DNA from: Lingula anatina
Taxonomy: Eukaryota; Animalia; Brachiopoda
Assembly (NCBI GenBank): GCA_051362555.1
Contig: CM120640.1
Span: 14,570,001-14,634,000, forward strand
Length of the DNA stretch: 64,000 nucleotides
Direction: 5' to 3'
The notes below the pieces were generated by a model that saw nothing but the letters and a program-made list of their open reading frames with translations, had not been told where the DNA came from and made no database searches. The translations under genes and the position numbers were made by a program. Positions 47,719 to 62,401 of this stretch are shown one piece after another. How positions within the stretch are numbered: the stretch's first letter is position 1; every line of letters starts with the position of its first letter.

Positions 47719-50700
47719 GGAGAAGTTCGTTTAATAGATTGTAAAACAAAGTGACCATGCAAGAGTAGCCGTATCAAATGGGCTTTAGTTATCACATATA
47801 CGGATAAGGGTTGGTGAGTTGAAAGAGGCGGACGGGGGTCGGGGAAAATAAATGGATCTTCTTGATATTCCTGATCCGCCGGTGGATAAATTGTGTGCCA
47901 AAATTATAAGGATGCTTTACGATCAGAAATGGAAAGGAGGAACTTTTGAAATGTGTAATATTTATCTTGAAAGGAATATATATACAAAAAACATTGCATC
48001 CCTTGGAATTGCGACTTGATCAAGACTCAAATAAATGAAAACTGTGTCGATAAGAAAAAAGGATCTTTCTTTTCTTCTTTTTTTTCAAAATCCTCCCCTC
48101 CATTCCTTCCCAAACTCTTAGTTTATCCCATTTTATTTCTGTCAACTTACTGCAGTGAACTTGGAAGATAACAAGGCTATTACAAAGACAAAAATACTTT
48201 TAATATGCCTAGCCTTAATGAAATTGTCATAAGTCGTAAACACTTTTTGATGACGAATGGGGTTCATTGTTATGATATCATGATAAATCGAAGAAACTAA
48301 CAAGGGTTTTTAATGATGGAATATGACATATGTCCCTCAATTTCGTTTTCGTGCAATTAGTCTTATTTATGCACATGTAGGCCTACTGCTTTTTTCTTCA
48401 GTGTATACCTAATGTGTCTCCGCATTCTGTGCCAACAGTATTTTTCAAAACCTGTTGGTTACAGGTGTTCAGGCCAAGTTTATTCTGGCTTGCTGCCAAT
48501 CGCCAAACGTGTAAAGAGAATCCCCACTTGTTATTTCAACTCTTCGTACACATCTCTGTCGGCGTCTTATGCGCTGTACTTTATCTCTAACAGTACCAAA
48601 CGTTACAAAGTTGAATCGCCGCCAGCTGGAAACGCTGAACGTTCATATGTTGCCAAGCTGGTTTTGAACGTGTAATGACACGGACCAAGGTCTCTACAAC
48701 CACACTTTTTCATCAGTTCCAACATAAGAATAATTGAATCTTCAGCAAATAGAAACGTTTCTGTGATACACATTTCGGTCGGACGTAAAGACCAGGGTAT
48801 GGTAAAATAGGCAAATATTTGACGAAGGTAGCTGTGACAAGGAGCTTTGGGAAGCTGGTACAAATGGTGTGCGATACCTCACTTATACATGTATAAGTGA
48901 TTCTTTACCTTAATTAAGTGTAACTGCAGTTAATATATCCTCTGTTATATTGGGTTGGAGACTAGATAGAATATCTGTTGTTATGCTAATGTGTGTTGAA
49001 AATGTAGTAGAAACGAGCCCAATGTAACTGTATTTAACAGTATACCGTAAACAAACTTGACACGTTCATGTGACAACACATTTGTTATTTTTTGAAAATT
49101 TTCATTTATTTTTTCACAAGAATGAGGAAATTTTAGTAGACTTAAAGATTGTATATCTTTAAATAATTTTGCCTAAATATTTCAAAGTAGTGATTTGCTC
49201 TTCGACAGCACGTAGAATCTTTAAGTGATTTTCCAAACAACATAGTACGGCCGGTAAGTCTGTCTACATGTATGGATTATTCCGTCGCCGGGGCTTAAAA
49301 AGCTAATGTTGCATACATGTTTTAAACTAAGAGTTACATATACTATTCCCTGATGAGGATGTGTTTCCTGAAACAAAACCTCATGATGGAACCCTGTAAA
49401 CACCCTTTCGCTACTGTTGATGAGGCTCAATCTGCACAATAAAATGCGTATGGCTTTTGTACAGTGTTCTTTGGAATACAGAGAAACTGAGGTTCATAGA
49501 AAAGGGGAAGCAGAGGCCAGCGAACTTGTCAACGTTATTGAAAAGGTCGTTTTGTCGTTGCTGAGATGCGCCTTTTGCTTATTTAATCAACATCACTTAA
49601 ATGCTACGGACCTGTCAACGCAAATCAGTCCTATAAGGCCACATATTTTTCTCTTTTGGATCGGGGGATTAAACGATACTTCTCTCCCTACGTTGGGTTG
49701 AAAAAACTTTGAAAATGTCTCTATGACATATATCTACTATTTAAAGAAGGAAGGTTTTCTATTAACGCATATGACCCTGTGTCTCAATGTTTGCTGCCTA
49801 TAAATGCTTTCTCGAAAACAATGGCGATTGGATTGAATTAGCGCCCTATCTGATAGACGGGCTGAGTGGTTATTTCATTAATCTCGTTTCCAGCGGGGTC
49901 TTTTTTTTTTTTTTTTTTCATTTGTGACTTACTGAACACGGAGGTGAATGCCAGTGAAACCCAGTTGCCTAAAATTTGTCAGATTGCAATCTTGCGTGCA
50001 CATGACAACGTGACAAAAAGTTCTTGTGCATTCGCAATGTGGACGTTCATTAAAACAGATGTTACGTGTAAGCCGGCAACCAGCTTTTGCTGGGTTGATC
50101 ACAGGCATCTATCAGCCCTTTTGATGTGTTGTTTTCGGATGTATTTGTCATAACAAAACAGCTGGAGTTGGCTTAAAAAGGTGATTAACCGCTCCATCAA
50201 TTTGCAGTCTCAGAAAAGTGATTTGTGTTTTGACATTGACGATTTAATTGAACAGGTTGCTTCGATACTGCATGGACCTGTTTCTTTAGGCACGTAGTCA
50301 AGTTATTGAAGTGTGTTTGCTGCCCAATTTACCTGGGGAACTCAAGTATCGTAATGTTTATTCTACGATTTGAAATAATACATTCTGTCCAGTTCTTATT
50401 TGCTTAGAACCAGCACAAAATCGGCTCGGTCCTTTATACTTTTGAACTGTCTGCTTTTACGAAGGCATCTTTATTCTTTGCCGCTGCGCACCACAGTGGC
50501 CATTCTGATTTTACTTCCAACCCTTTTCTCCTCGAAATCCCTCCAAATCTCGCTTGAATTTACGCGAAGTCGCGATCGAGACTTTAGCCTATCTCGGAGG
50601 AGCACCATTGTGCCCGTGTGGGCAGATTAACACTTGAACTACACGCAATATACAGGTATGTGCATAGGGAGTGTTTCTGCCTAGAGAGTTTGATTTGTGG

Positions 50701-53186
50701 GTGACTTACAAGTACCAATACATTAACAAAGCCAATTCGTTATTTTAATTGGGAATATTTCGAAACAAAGGTTTGGTGGACGCAATGTGGGGGTGGGATG
50801 GGGTGGGCTGTCCTGTGTGGACCGGTTGCAGAAAACGATTTTTGCCATCAGCCTTCATCGCCTGCCAGAGGTGGTGGGGGTACGGGGTACACATTTAGTG
50901 CCTTTTTATTTTGATCAGTGAGAATGATGGTACGTGGTATTTGATATAGCAATCACGTAACTATTGATCGTATCTGGCTTTCGTGAGTGTAAGGCTTTTA
51001 AGCAAGGGGTAGTGGACAGGGAGTCACAAGTCCGGCTGATGAATGGATAGAAACTGAAAGAAGAGATTCTTCTTTCTTTGTTTGTCTCTTTCTTACGAAT
51101 AGCAATCTTTTGCACGACAGCTCCGATTTATCTTATCGCTTCTCGTGGTTTTTCGCGTTTTTCTAGTCTCGCGTGACGTCACTTGCGCCCAACTCGATAT
51201 TTTCCATTCTCAGCTTCTGTCCTCTTTCTTTGCAATAAATGACAAAAGCTTATATCAAAAAATATCCATGTCTATACCCAACTCTAGAGCTTTGTGTGAG
51301 GTAATTTAATACGCACATTTATTTAATAAGACTAAACGATGGTATTTACTTTTATATTTAATTGTTTTTGTTTCCCGGATCTTCCCAGAACCGTAGGAGA
51401 TTCTAGAATAATTTGCATAACATCCTTATTAAAGTCGCCTAGTAACAAGCTATCGCTGTTATGCACTTTTTGGCCTTCCTACGTTTGCCAGACAAGCGTC
51501 TGCTTGCATTTGTACCATATAAACCCAGGAATGTTTTTTTTATTTCTTAGTGATCATCTGCAGTGATAATGGTGCTTTTTAGTGCTGTTGTTACTTGATA
51601 AAAGTAAGCAGAATCGTCTGTCTGAAGGAAATACAAAATACAGGTATATGGCCTTCTTCGAGGCTTTTCAAATTTTATACATGCATGGATAAAGGACGGA
51701 GTCACTCTCAATATAATTATTCACAAAATTATTCCATATTAATACAAAGGGAGAAAAGATATTTGAAAATCATCCCTGTAGTAAAGTGCCCTACTCATCA
51801 TTAAGACAAATTTCCACTCATTGTATGTCCACTGAAATGGGATTTTAAGTATGATTCATCACCTTACTAATGAATTGCAATTTTGTTTTCTTTCGTAGTC
51901 CCATGGCAAATAAAAAACAGATGGATTTCTGTCATCAGAACATAGTTTGCATTGACAGTCTCAGTGACCTTTGCACCTACGCTTTCCAGTATCAGGTTTG
52001 GGCGTCAGAAGTTGCACGGAACCGAAACGACGCCATTCTATCTGGACAATGAAAGGGCACGTATTTTAAGTTATTTTCAGGATATTCTTATCTGTTCCTT
52101 CAATTGTTAAGCTCACAAACCATAGATGTGTCCAAAATATCTGTCTGTTCTCCTTTCTTGATGCCAGAATGTTTCGCCAGGCGTCTTTGAAATTTCTGGA
52201 CAATATCTCCAATCATGCCAAGCCTGAACATAATGTTAATTATAACATTTAAGTGTGCATTGCTTGTTTTCGGAGACCAAATGGTCAAAATATATGTTTT
52301 ATAACTCAATGGATTTTATTTATTCGGCTTGTATTTTTAACCAGAAATATCAACCAATCGATGAAGAGATATCTTCTGAAACACTGTTTCTGGGAGCACA
52401 TTAGAGAAGAGTATTGGCGCGCGGCAGTGTAAATCGATGCAATAGTGATGTGTAGTCACAGTCTGATATTAATGAAATTACTCGCTAACTTTTTGTCGTT
52501 TTAACAATAATATCTGTGAAAATGATGTCCTTAACAGCGGTGAAAAGACATACCCTTATATGGGGTGTTTTTGGCGGTACGTGTTTAAAACCTTTGATGG
52601 TTATGTAATCTTAACAGGCAATTGCGCAGTAGAGAATGTTTTTCTTGGAATTATCGACCAAGTGTATTCATTGTATATGTGTTCTTGACTTTTAGACAGA
52701 AAATTCAGCAAATGATATTATTTAAGCATATCAAATGTATGTTAAGTAAATGTTCGCCGATGCCCACATATCCAAATATTTCTCATCACAGTTTACAACC
52801 GCACTTTAAAAGGAATATCAAATAAATGCTAAGCTGAAAGGGTAAACGGTGTCGATTGCCAGCACGTCCGTTAACGTGTTGACGATAGATTGGGCCGCGA
52901 GGGACGTGTATAGAATAACACACCTGTGAGACCCGTGTGGCCATAGTAATATCTCGAGCACATAACTTTTTGAACGCCATGGTCTGAGGTGTAATGCAAT
53001 GTAGCACTAGAAGTATTACCCTACACGACTAATTTGTATTAAGTCAATAACTGTTTATTATTAAAGCCCAGGGAAGGCTAATAGGAATCAGCGTATTTCC
53101 CAATTGGGCTGTATGACCTTCGGGTCTGAAAGCATTACACATAGATGGCTCTAAAAGTCTATCCATAAATATATTCTATTACTGTC

Positions 53187-53226
<40 letters not shown>

Positions 53227-53233
53227 TAATAAT
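53187..53233. repeat. (TAA)n microsatellite
   Basis: Direct reading. Confidence 0.9.
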
Positions 53234-56200
53234 GTAGTCAAGTAGGCTGCAGATCGTGACAGGAAACTGTGCTGTGGAACTGGTTTTATTGCCTCTATCC
53301 ACGTGTTGGCAGCAATTGCAAATAATAGACATAGACATTTAAATAAATAAATGTATATAACTGACTGAATGGACAAATAAGCCAATGGGTAGGTGGATAA
53401 AGTAGTCAACACATTGGTCTGGTAACAAACTACGACAAATTGTCGTCTGTTCTGGCGTCTTTCTGATGTAAACGGCACTTATCTTTGATGGTAAACTGTG
53501 AGATTTTGTGCCTGTAGCACGGGAACTTGAAAAAAATCCATGGCTTAATCATCGTCGGTGTGATCATCTGAACCCTGCCAATTTGCTGTTACCCATTGGA
53601 AACAGGCGAACAGCAAGTGAAGGACCTCTTTATTTATGGGGTTTTTTATTAACCCCTAATTAACTTTTACTCAATGAATAAAACACACATTGGCTCTCAA
53701 GTATCGAAGTTTGCTTTTGGCAACAAAAATGATCTTAATCCTAGATCTGGTCATTTGGGTATGAAATGAAATATAATGATCGTTTTTATTGAGGGTAATA
53801 TGCCAACAAGGTGATTATAAAAACAAAGATATCGATCAACCCCTGTCTAGGTTGACCTTTGAAGCCTTAATGGTTGTAAATTTTCGTCAACTAGACCGCT
53901 ACGAAGTTACCTAAATTATATGTATATGTGGGAAATGTTTGGTTAATGAGCAAAAATCCAATATCTTAAGTTTTAGGTCGCGACTGTTATTCATGTTAGC
54001 CACTGAATTATCAACTTCACTCCCGGTTTTATGGAAAAGGTCGTCATAATATGGAGACGGGAACCGTTCCAAAATATGCACTGGAAAGCCAATAAGGCTG
54101 GAAAGGCAATAAGTGTTTGAAGTCGCCTGCGCCTTGAGATGCTCATCAATTCCCTGTACAGATGTATCATAGTTCATTATGAAGCCAAACACGTATATAC
54201 AGCAAGGAAACGCTTTTTGCAAGTCAACTGGTACCGATTGTATCAGCGTAAGAATGGGTTGTAATGGACGAACTTGGCCCATTAGTCTGCTTCCACAATC
54301 ATGCAAATTCAATTAGATACCAACCTATTGTTGGTAGCGGGGTTTGGTTCTATTTTCATGACCATATCTTCTGTTCCATCTAAAACTAATACGTCGAAAC
54401 ACTGGCTTTTCAGGTTCTTGAATTTGCTTTTACAGGTAGTTTCTGTGTAATGAGTTTTAAGATAAAAAAAATCATTATTTAGGAATTCTTTATTTAGGAA
54501 TTCTTACTCTTCTTAGTTTTCTACAGCCCATGCGCAAACGTGACCTCCATTTTTGGTTAAGAGTACCGTTGGGCTAGCCTTTATTCACGATTCTGTAATA
54601 CATATGGTTTATGCGTCTTCCTGAAAAATACAGTGACATAAGGAGTTGTCTTGCGGTTTGGGGAAAGTCTACCAAGCTTTTGGCCAAATACCTTGTTTTT
54701 TCATTTTCTTCAATACCCCATTAAGTAAACATTTACATGTATAGTGGAATATTCAGGTACCTAGAAAATTGGGGTGGCTTTTGAATGAATTTTTACTTGA
54801 AACATCCTTTTTCCTTCAGGGTTAAGTATGTAGCTCTCAATATTAGCTGTATATGTTAATGGGTTTAGTGAGCCTTTCAATAAAGTTTATAGACTTGTCT
54901 TAATCTGTCATCATCATACTAATAAACCTGTACTCAAACCCATCAAAAACGCAAATGATTGAACACTTAGTCTCTGATTTTATTAATTTTTTATATAAAG
55001 TTGACAATAAGAATATGTTATCATTTACCTTTGTCGTAATGCTTAATGCTAAAACATAATTGTGTTTTTGGGATGGGTGGCTTGGTTACTTGTACGGTTT
55101 TCATTTTCTCTATTCTTATGTTATTTTGGATTTCCAACTTTCACACATACAGTATATTTCCTTGCATTCTTAAAATGAATTTGCGTTACCTAATTTCCAT
55201 TTATTAAGGGATCCATATGTCACTGTTATTATTGTTTCGACAAAAGTAACTTCAAACCCAGCCATTCAATTGAATCACGCAGGGAATCTGCACTGGTCCC
55301 AGTTTAATGGACACTTCTGCATTAAATATTCAAACAGAAGAGACAGTATACATTTGTGTATTATGCCTTTTTAGTCCAAATTGGTTTCCCAAGTCAAATC
55401 CATTGACATGTATTTTTATCAGCTTGACTTCAGCTTATACCATGTTGAATAACACAGTATAACTGAGGCTTCGTATCCATTTTCTGTCATTGTGATGTAG
55501 TTATACATCTCCTAGAAGATCGATAAAATCCTCTCCAACATTAGATGCCTTAGCGTTCAATACCAATTAACAGGTGAACCATATGTGCTGAACAACGTTT
55601 AAGCAATGAAGGGAAAGGGGATGTAAAGAAAGATATGCCAATGTGTTTTAAGAAATAACACCTTGGTTATTTAAGGTATTGGTAACTGTGGAGAGCCCTT
55701 GATTTTAGGTTTTGACTGTGTGTGTGTGTGGGGGGGGGGGAGGGGGGCAAATACCATAACTAATACACATTTTTTAATCCATACCTCATCAAACGTCACT
55801 TTGATCAACGTATAACATGCAGCTTGAAGCAGATAAAAATGATAGAGTGCTTTAAACTATACCCAATATCCTGTCCAAGCTTAATGCACATGGTTAAAGT
55901 GGAAATAGCGTATTGGAGATCTGTCCATTTGAGTGTTTTTTGTCGGAAATTAACACTTGTTGGTAATTCTACTTTTAACACAAGAACTTTCTTTTTGACA
56001 AGGTGTGGGGTTGGCCTGATCCACATCGTAAAGGTAAGTTTGACAGCCTCGTAGGGTTTGCTTGACAAGTGTTTAGGGCGTCTGTGAATTCGAGCTGCTG
56101 GTCTACTTGACTAGCTATAATGGGACTTTTTAGCCAGGGCCGGTCTCCTGCAATCTAACTTGTTTAAAAATGGACCTATGCGTGCGTAACAACTCCCACG

Positions 56201-57631
56201 ATGCTATATAAATTATAAGAAAATGCACAAGGTATGTCGTTCACTATGGGTGAAGCACACGGTGTTTTAAAGCGTTGTTATTGTCACGGTATACATATAT
56301 CTGTCACTGCAATTCACTTCATAAAACTTACATAAAACAAGCTTCATAAGTAGGGGTTTCTGCTTCAAAGCGGTGAATTATTCAAAGTCTCACTTCAGAT
56401 TTTGAGGTCATGCGCTTCGTATGCAATCTGGTAACGTTACATACTGATTAATATTATGCTGTTATTGCATCTTTATGCTGTTGTTACTTTTTTGGCACCG
56501 CTGTAGCGTTGTTTTGAGTTGCTGACGTTTATCATTATGTAAAATGGCGTGTTGCAAGTACCAGCATGTGATCATAACACATACCACGGCTTAAGGAATA
56601 TTAATTACTGAGCAGGAAAGGCATGATTATTTGAACTAATTCTGTCTATGATTTTACAGCTTATGTTGGATGATGTTCTCCACGGGATCATTATATCAGT
56701 TTGAACTAGGATTCAACTGATTTACCACCTGCTGTGGAGTAGATGAAGTACAATATCAGGTAGATCGTCCTCAGAATGCTTCCAATCAAAACATAATCTC
56801 TGAATAACATCCTTAACTTTGGAGGGGGGGGGGGGTACCAAACATATCTAGATCTAATGCGTGTAAATGTAGAAACCGAATAGAACTTCCGTGAGTCGAA
56901 TTGTTAAGAACTTATTAAAATCTTTGTCAAATGAGGTATTTACCCCTTACACTTCTACTGGATTCTTATACGACTCTAATAAATTCGACATGTCAAAGGC
57001 TAAACCAAATTGATGATTTTGTCAGCCAAGAAATCGCTTTATAACTTCACCTTTTTCAAATTTGTGGTCCTTAACTTGATCTATTTTTCCGACACTCCCA
57101 TTCGTAAAAGTCCGCCAAATGGTGTATTTTACTAAAAATGTACGTGACGTAGGCTATGACGTATTATTGCTGCGCGGAAAATAGCATAAATATTCAAATG
57201 AGGGTTGGCAGAAACGACCAAGGGTTATATATAAACCAGAAAGAAAGCCAAAAATATATGGTCATATATTGTTTTTCGGGATGAATGAATAGACACCCAT
57301 TGTTGTTTCTTTAAGACATTCTACTTTAAAGTATATGATGGCGTTTGGTCGAGTTTGCTGGTATTTATTTGACTTTTTATGTAGCTTTTTAGTGTTTATT
57401 TCCCAATTTTACTTATTTTAGTTGATTGGCTATTATACTGTAACTCATACGTGAATAAATCGGTGTTTGGTAATAGTCCAACAATGCTGCAAAAATCGCA
57501 GGTACAGGCAGCCATTGAAATCACACATAAGCTTTTTCCATATTATTACAAAACTGAAATCTTACACTTTCCCCATGTCATGTAGCTTATTCGAAATCAC
57601 GTAAAAATCAATTTGAGACGAGAGAGAGACA

Positions 57632-57650
57632 GATATATATATATATATAT

Positions 57651-57698
<48 letters not shown>
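57632..57698. repeat. Compound (AT)n-(GA)n microsatellite
   Basis: Direct reading. Confidence 0.9.
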
Positions 57699-57701
<3 letters not shown>

Positions 57702-60282
57702 GGTTCAGCTCAAATCTTTCATTTGTATTCGTGAAAATTTCATATTTAACCATAATTTTCTAAGAATATACACTGCAGTCAACATGATTATGTAGTAGGC
57801 CTAGCATAGTTGCCGGTATGGAACTTAATCTGAAACTGCGGCATGCACAATGCCATAAGCTTCTCTGGCTTAAGGGATGTTATTTTTTAGGATCGTTGTA
57901 GGGTTTCATGTTTTCCCTCGTAGGTAGGCCTATAATAGCTACGTCCTATCACGATGAATATAAAGTAAGCTGATATTTCTTAACATAATTCTTCTTTTAT
58001 AGTACTCATTTATATATTAGTTGATCTTCACAGAAAATGGATAGCAACATGTTATAAGGGAACTACATGTTAACGTTGTCCTTAAGTTAACTTCTTTCAA
58101 GAGTAATGTATTAACGCTAAATTCCATTTAAAGCTAGCTGCTGATGATGGTGACATATTCACAATTCGATTAAATGTCGAACTTGTGTTCATTTTTTTTT
58201 GTAACATTGCATAATGGCAGTGCCGCTGTGAGTAATCACTGGATGCATATTTCGATCGATTTTATATCTGAAAATTCAGCATTGAAATCGGTCAGATCAT
58301 TACTCTAGATAATGATGCGTCAAGATTGTATATCAAACGTCATGGGCCATTTTGCCGTTACCGTTTTTAGGCGAATCTAAAAATATTTAGATTTGTGTCG
58401 TTTATGCATTGTGACATTTGGCCCATCGTGTTTGAGTCTGTTATGGGATTCATGGTTCCTTTTGGCACCTATTGCATATTTATTAAAGTGGCATCAGAAA
58501 TACCAGGTAATATCTCAAACTGACAGGCAGATAAGAAAAGTAATTTATAATTAAAGTGATTTCAGCATCAATTCACACCAAATTAATTTATAAGAACGAT
58601 GGCGACTGTCTCTTTGAACTCATGCATATGATATGCCGACTAATCTTGTTTATGGCTACCACGCCATTCAAAACCCAGTTGTTATATTATGCGTAGCTGT
58701 GGCTTTTGAAAAAGACACAAATGAAGCTAAATTAAACTTCAATTAAGACAATGCATTCACCAAAAAATATGAATTTAATCACTTTGCTCCTCCCGCTGAC
58801 CTTCATCCCTTGGACAAAGTTTTTATGCAGTTGATCATTTTCTTACTTGACCCTCTGACCCCCATCAAACAATTTCCACTCCCGGGTGTAAGTGCGGTGG
58901 TTTCAGGTAAAAGTGATAGATATTAATTATGCGTCCACGAACCCTTGTGGCTTCGAGACTAATCGAGTCCTCCGAAACCTTTCAAACAAGCCAAGCGGCA
59001 TCCGTGTGATGAGGTCGCATTACATTGTATTATCTGGGAGATGGCATTGCGTTTAGACCCAGTACCAGGAGACCCTCTGATGATCAGATCGTGTTCCAGC
59101 TTTGCGAGAAAATGATACATCAAGAGATCATCGTAATTTGGAAACCCTGGGTGCAGGTGGTCTCCACTCCTCCATATTTCCTTTAAGTAGAAAGGGATTG
59201 CGACCTGAAGCTATAATTTACAAGATCGGCAGCACATCTAATATAATTTAAATCCCCATCGTGCCTTCTCGTCTGGCTCACAATACGTTTTATTTGATGA
59301 ATACGGATAGGTCCGCCTCTTATCTGAAATATGTCTATTAACGGCATTGAATCACAATGTCTAGTTTTGATCACCTTTGTCTTCCCTACCACCTCTCAAA
59401 AGACAAACTACGCGTGAAAATTGCCAGGGAACCCATTATCACATACCGAATCTCACAATAATTCAAGACTTTTTAGATCGGTAATGGACGAATTAAAGCA
59501 TAATTCTAAACTGTCTGGAAACGATAGAAAATTTACTCCGATCCAATGAAACCTTACGTCCAGACAACTAAAGACCACCTCCTTCACCATGCGTTGGTAA
59601 CAGATCGTACATTCAACTTTCGTTTACGTTTTTTTAACGACCTCAATCAAAGGATTTGGAAGAAGCAATTGTCGAAATGCACTGTGTGCGCTGTCCATCG
59701 TGGACTATGGGGCTAAATTAGGAAGTTATCTCATGTTGTACACACCATTTCTGCAGTTCCAAAGTGTCTTTTGAAAGGAGTTCGCACAGGACAGTCATGT
59801 CTCATACGTCTCGTGCATTCTCTCGCAATAAACGTTGAGCATGTGCATATTAAAGGATCTAGATTGTATCAAACCTCCTCGACTATATGGTTAAAAGTGA
59901 TAAAGCAAATCTATTCGCTCTTTTTGCTGAAAGATGATCTATGCTGCCTCACAGTGAGTAAAATCGATATTAGATTCAGCGCTTTTTCTCTTTCATTTTG
60001 TGAGCTGCTGAAGTACAGACGACAGTGAAGGGGATCAGGAAACGACAACTTGAACGATGTCTCATCTTGACCGTTCTGTTTCAAGAAGACTTAGGGAATT
60101 GGAAGGTTCTTATACGTCCCTGGACGTGTTGTGTTGAAAAAGTTAATATAAACTCTAGGATTTACTTTGAGAAGTCAACAGCCTTGCGACCCTAAGAGTT
60201 TTGGTGGAGCGGAGGTACTTAACTAATAGATTTTTTTGTTTGACTCTTGTGAAGCGCGTCTCAGTAATCTTCGTTTGATTAC

Positions 60283-60343
60283 TTAGATTAGATTAGATTA
60301 GATTAGGTTAGATTAGATTGATTAGATTAGATTTGATTAGATT
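60283..60343. repeat. (TTAGA)n pentanucleotide microsatellite
   Basis: Direct reading; about 12 imperfect units. Confidence 0.9.
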
Positions 60344-62401
60344 ATCCTTACCTAGCTGAGCGTGTCAGGCGCATTTAGTTGTATTTGAGCAGACACCAAT
60401 GTATTGTAAAGGTGGAGGTCGAGGTTTATCTTAGGTAATGCTTAATGAAGTTATACTTAGACCCTGATAGTCAATCTCAACAGGTTTTTACATGGCAGTG
60501 ACTACCAGGTCTACTGAAACTATAACAGCGGCGTGGTTGTGAGTCAACCTGATACGTTTGCTTTTTCATGAAAATTACCTATTTTCGGGGAAAAATGTCA
60601 CTGATTGCAAATAAACCACTTTGTGTTGAATCCGGAAACGCAAACTTTACGTCACTGGTGAAAGATGATAAGTCCAGAAATGAAGAAGAACTGGAAACCA
60701 ATTTGTTGACATGGAAGCAAATCACTGCGTAATTGATGTTTTCCACAAATGGAAATATATTTCATGACAACACGATACATGTTTTTCTGTTCCCATTCGT
60801 CAAACTGCAAATAAGTCGTCTGCACTGCCGATAAAATGACAGAATAACAAGCGTGCCAGCGTGCCTGGCAGCCGTGCCTGGTTTTCAGCCCAAAGTGTAC
60901 ATGGACGAAGGATGGGTTTATATTTGGCTTCAAGTTGATCACCTCTCTGAACAACATATCATAATTAATGTCATGTACGTGTGAATGTGTGAGTGTGTGA
61001 GTGTGTGTGTGTGCGTGCACGTGCGTGTTTGTGTTTGTGTACCCATGAGAGCACCATTCCGTCCCCTTTTACTAGCAATTAGACGTATTCAGTGGCACTG
61101 TGTAGTTAAGCTTTCACGGTTTACAGCGTGACAAGATTTGTTGGCAGCGCGTGACAGGGATCGCTGAGGATTAGTTATTTAGCACAGCTACTGCATATTA
61201 CCCTCTATCATTCGTATCTTCAGGGAGTTTGCAGAAAAGCATTTGACGCCCTTTTGAATCGTGCAGGTATCGACCCTTATGTGATGATTCAGGCGTATCA
61301 GGGCGTGATGCACAAGCATCTACAAAGGTCTGTCAAACCTGTCTAGAACTGACGATAAGTAGCTTTTGTAGATACTTAAATATGCCTGAATGTAGGAAGG
61401 TTTTATATAGACACACGTGAGATCGAGCGTGATTACATGTCTGTCATCTGAGGAAGAAACACGAAGATGAAACCCTTAGTAACAGATTCTGAGAATATGA
61501 AAGGATCATGGAGATATATTGATGTCGTGTGGCACTGAACCTGGCAAACAATTCCTTGAAAAACAATACGGTGTGTGAACAATCTTTTTTAAAAATACAG
61601 AATTAACGGGAAAAAGTGAAAATCTACACTTTTGCACGTTTTCATTTCCAATTGCTCACGTGAAATGAAGTGCGAGCGGGTTTCTAAGTAATTTAGTTGT
61701 GCTAATGTGTTTTAGGGTAAACGGGGTTCAAAACGATTATATTTTCGTTAATTGGTTTTATTTTGAAGCCACTGGTCATTTGAACCTTATAATCTCTCTC
61801 ATTACTATATTTCATTTGTATGAATTAAAAAAAAATCAGATGCACTTACTGGGCCATGAATAATGGCGCTTCACACCAAGAACTGATACGCGTAGTTGGT
61901 GCGTGCATGGAAACATGTAGAAACAAACATTTAGTCTCATTTTAGTGTTACATAATTTATGTAATTTTTCAGCAACAAATCGGATTTTGTTGTAGAAACC
62001 TCCGAGCGTTCAGCGTTGCCTCTCATCTGTTGGGAACAACCCATTATAGAGCAACACGTCGTAGTTAATTATTTATTTGATAGATGTTTCATTTAGGACA
62101 ACGAATTTTGATGCATTGATATCTGGAGCAGTGCGTAATTAGACTGTGATTGGTTAGCACATAGCGAGCTGCGCCTTCGTAATAGATTAAGAAATCGGCG
62201 CTCTTGCCTTACATTGACAAGGGAAGCCGAGAGGATTGTATGCACTTTCGCTTTTTTGCTTCGAAAGACTATCAACCCATTTTATCTTATTCTTTCAGAC
62301 ACGGATCACGGATGAAGCCGTTTGGAATGTCCAGTTAAGATTTGCACCGGGACTCTTCTGAACGGAACCCCAGTGACCAGACACCTATTTCACCGTTGAA
62401 A

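Noticed and set aside
53911-54312. 133-aa minus-strand ORF
   Set aside because: Starts at TTG, with no domain motif or convincing splice context.
60283-60343. (TTAGA)n as an interstitial telomere
   Set aside because: Not TTAGGG, and only one unit is TTAGG; an ordinary microsatellite.
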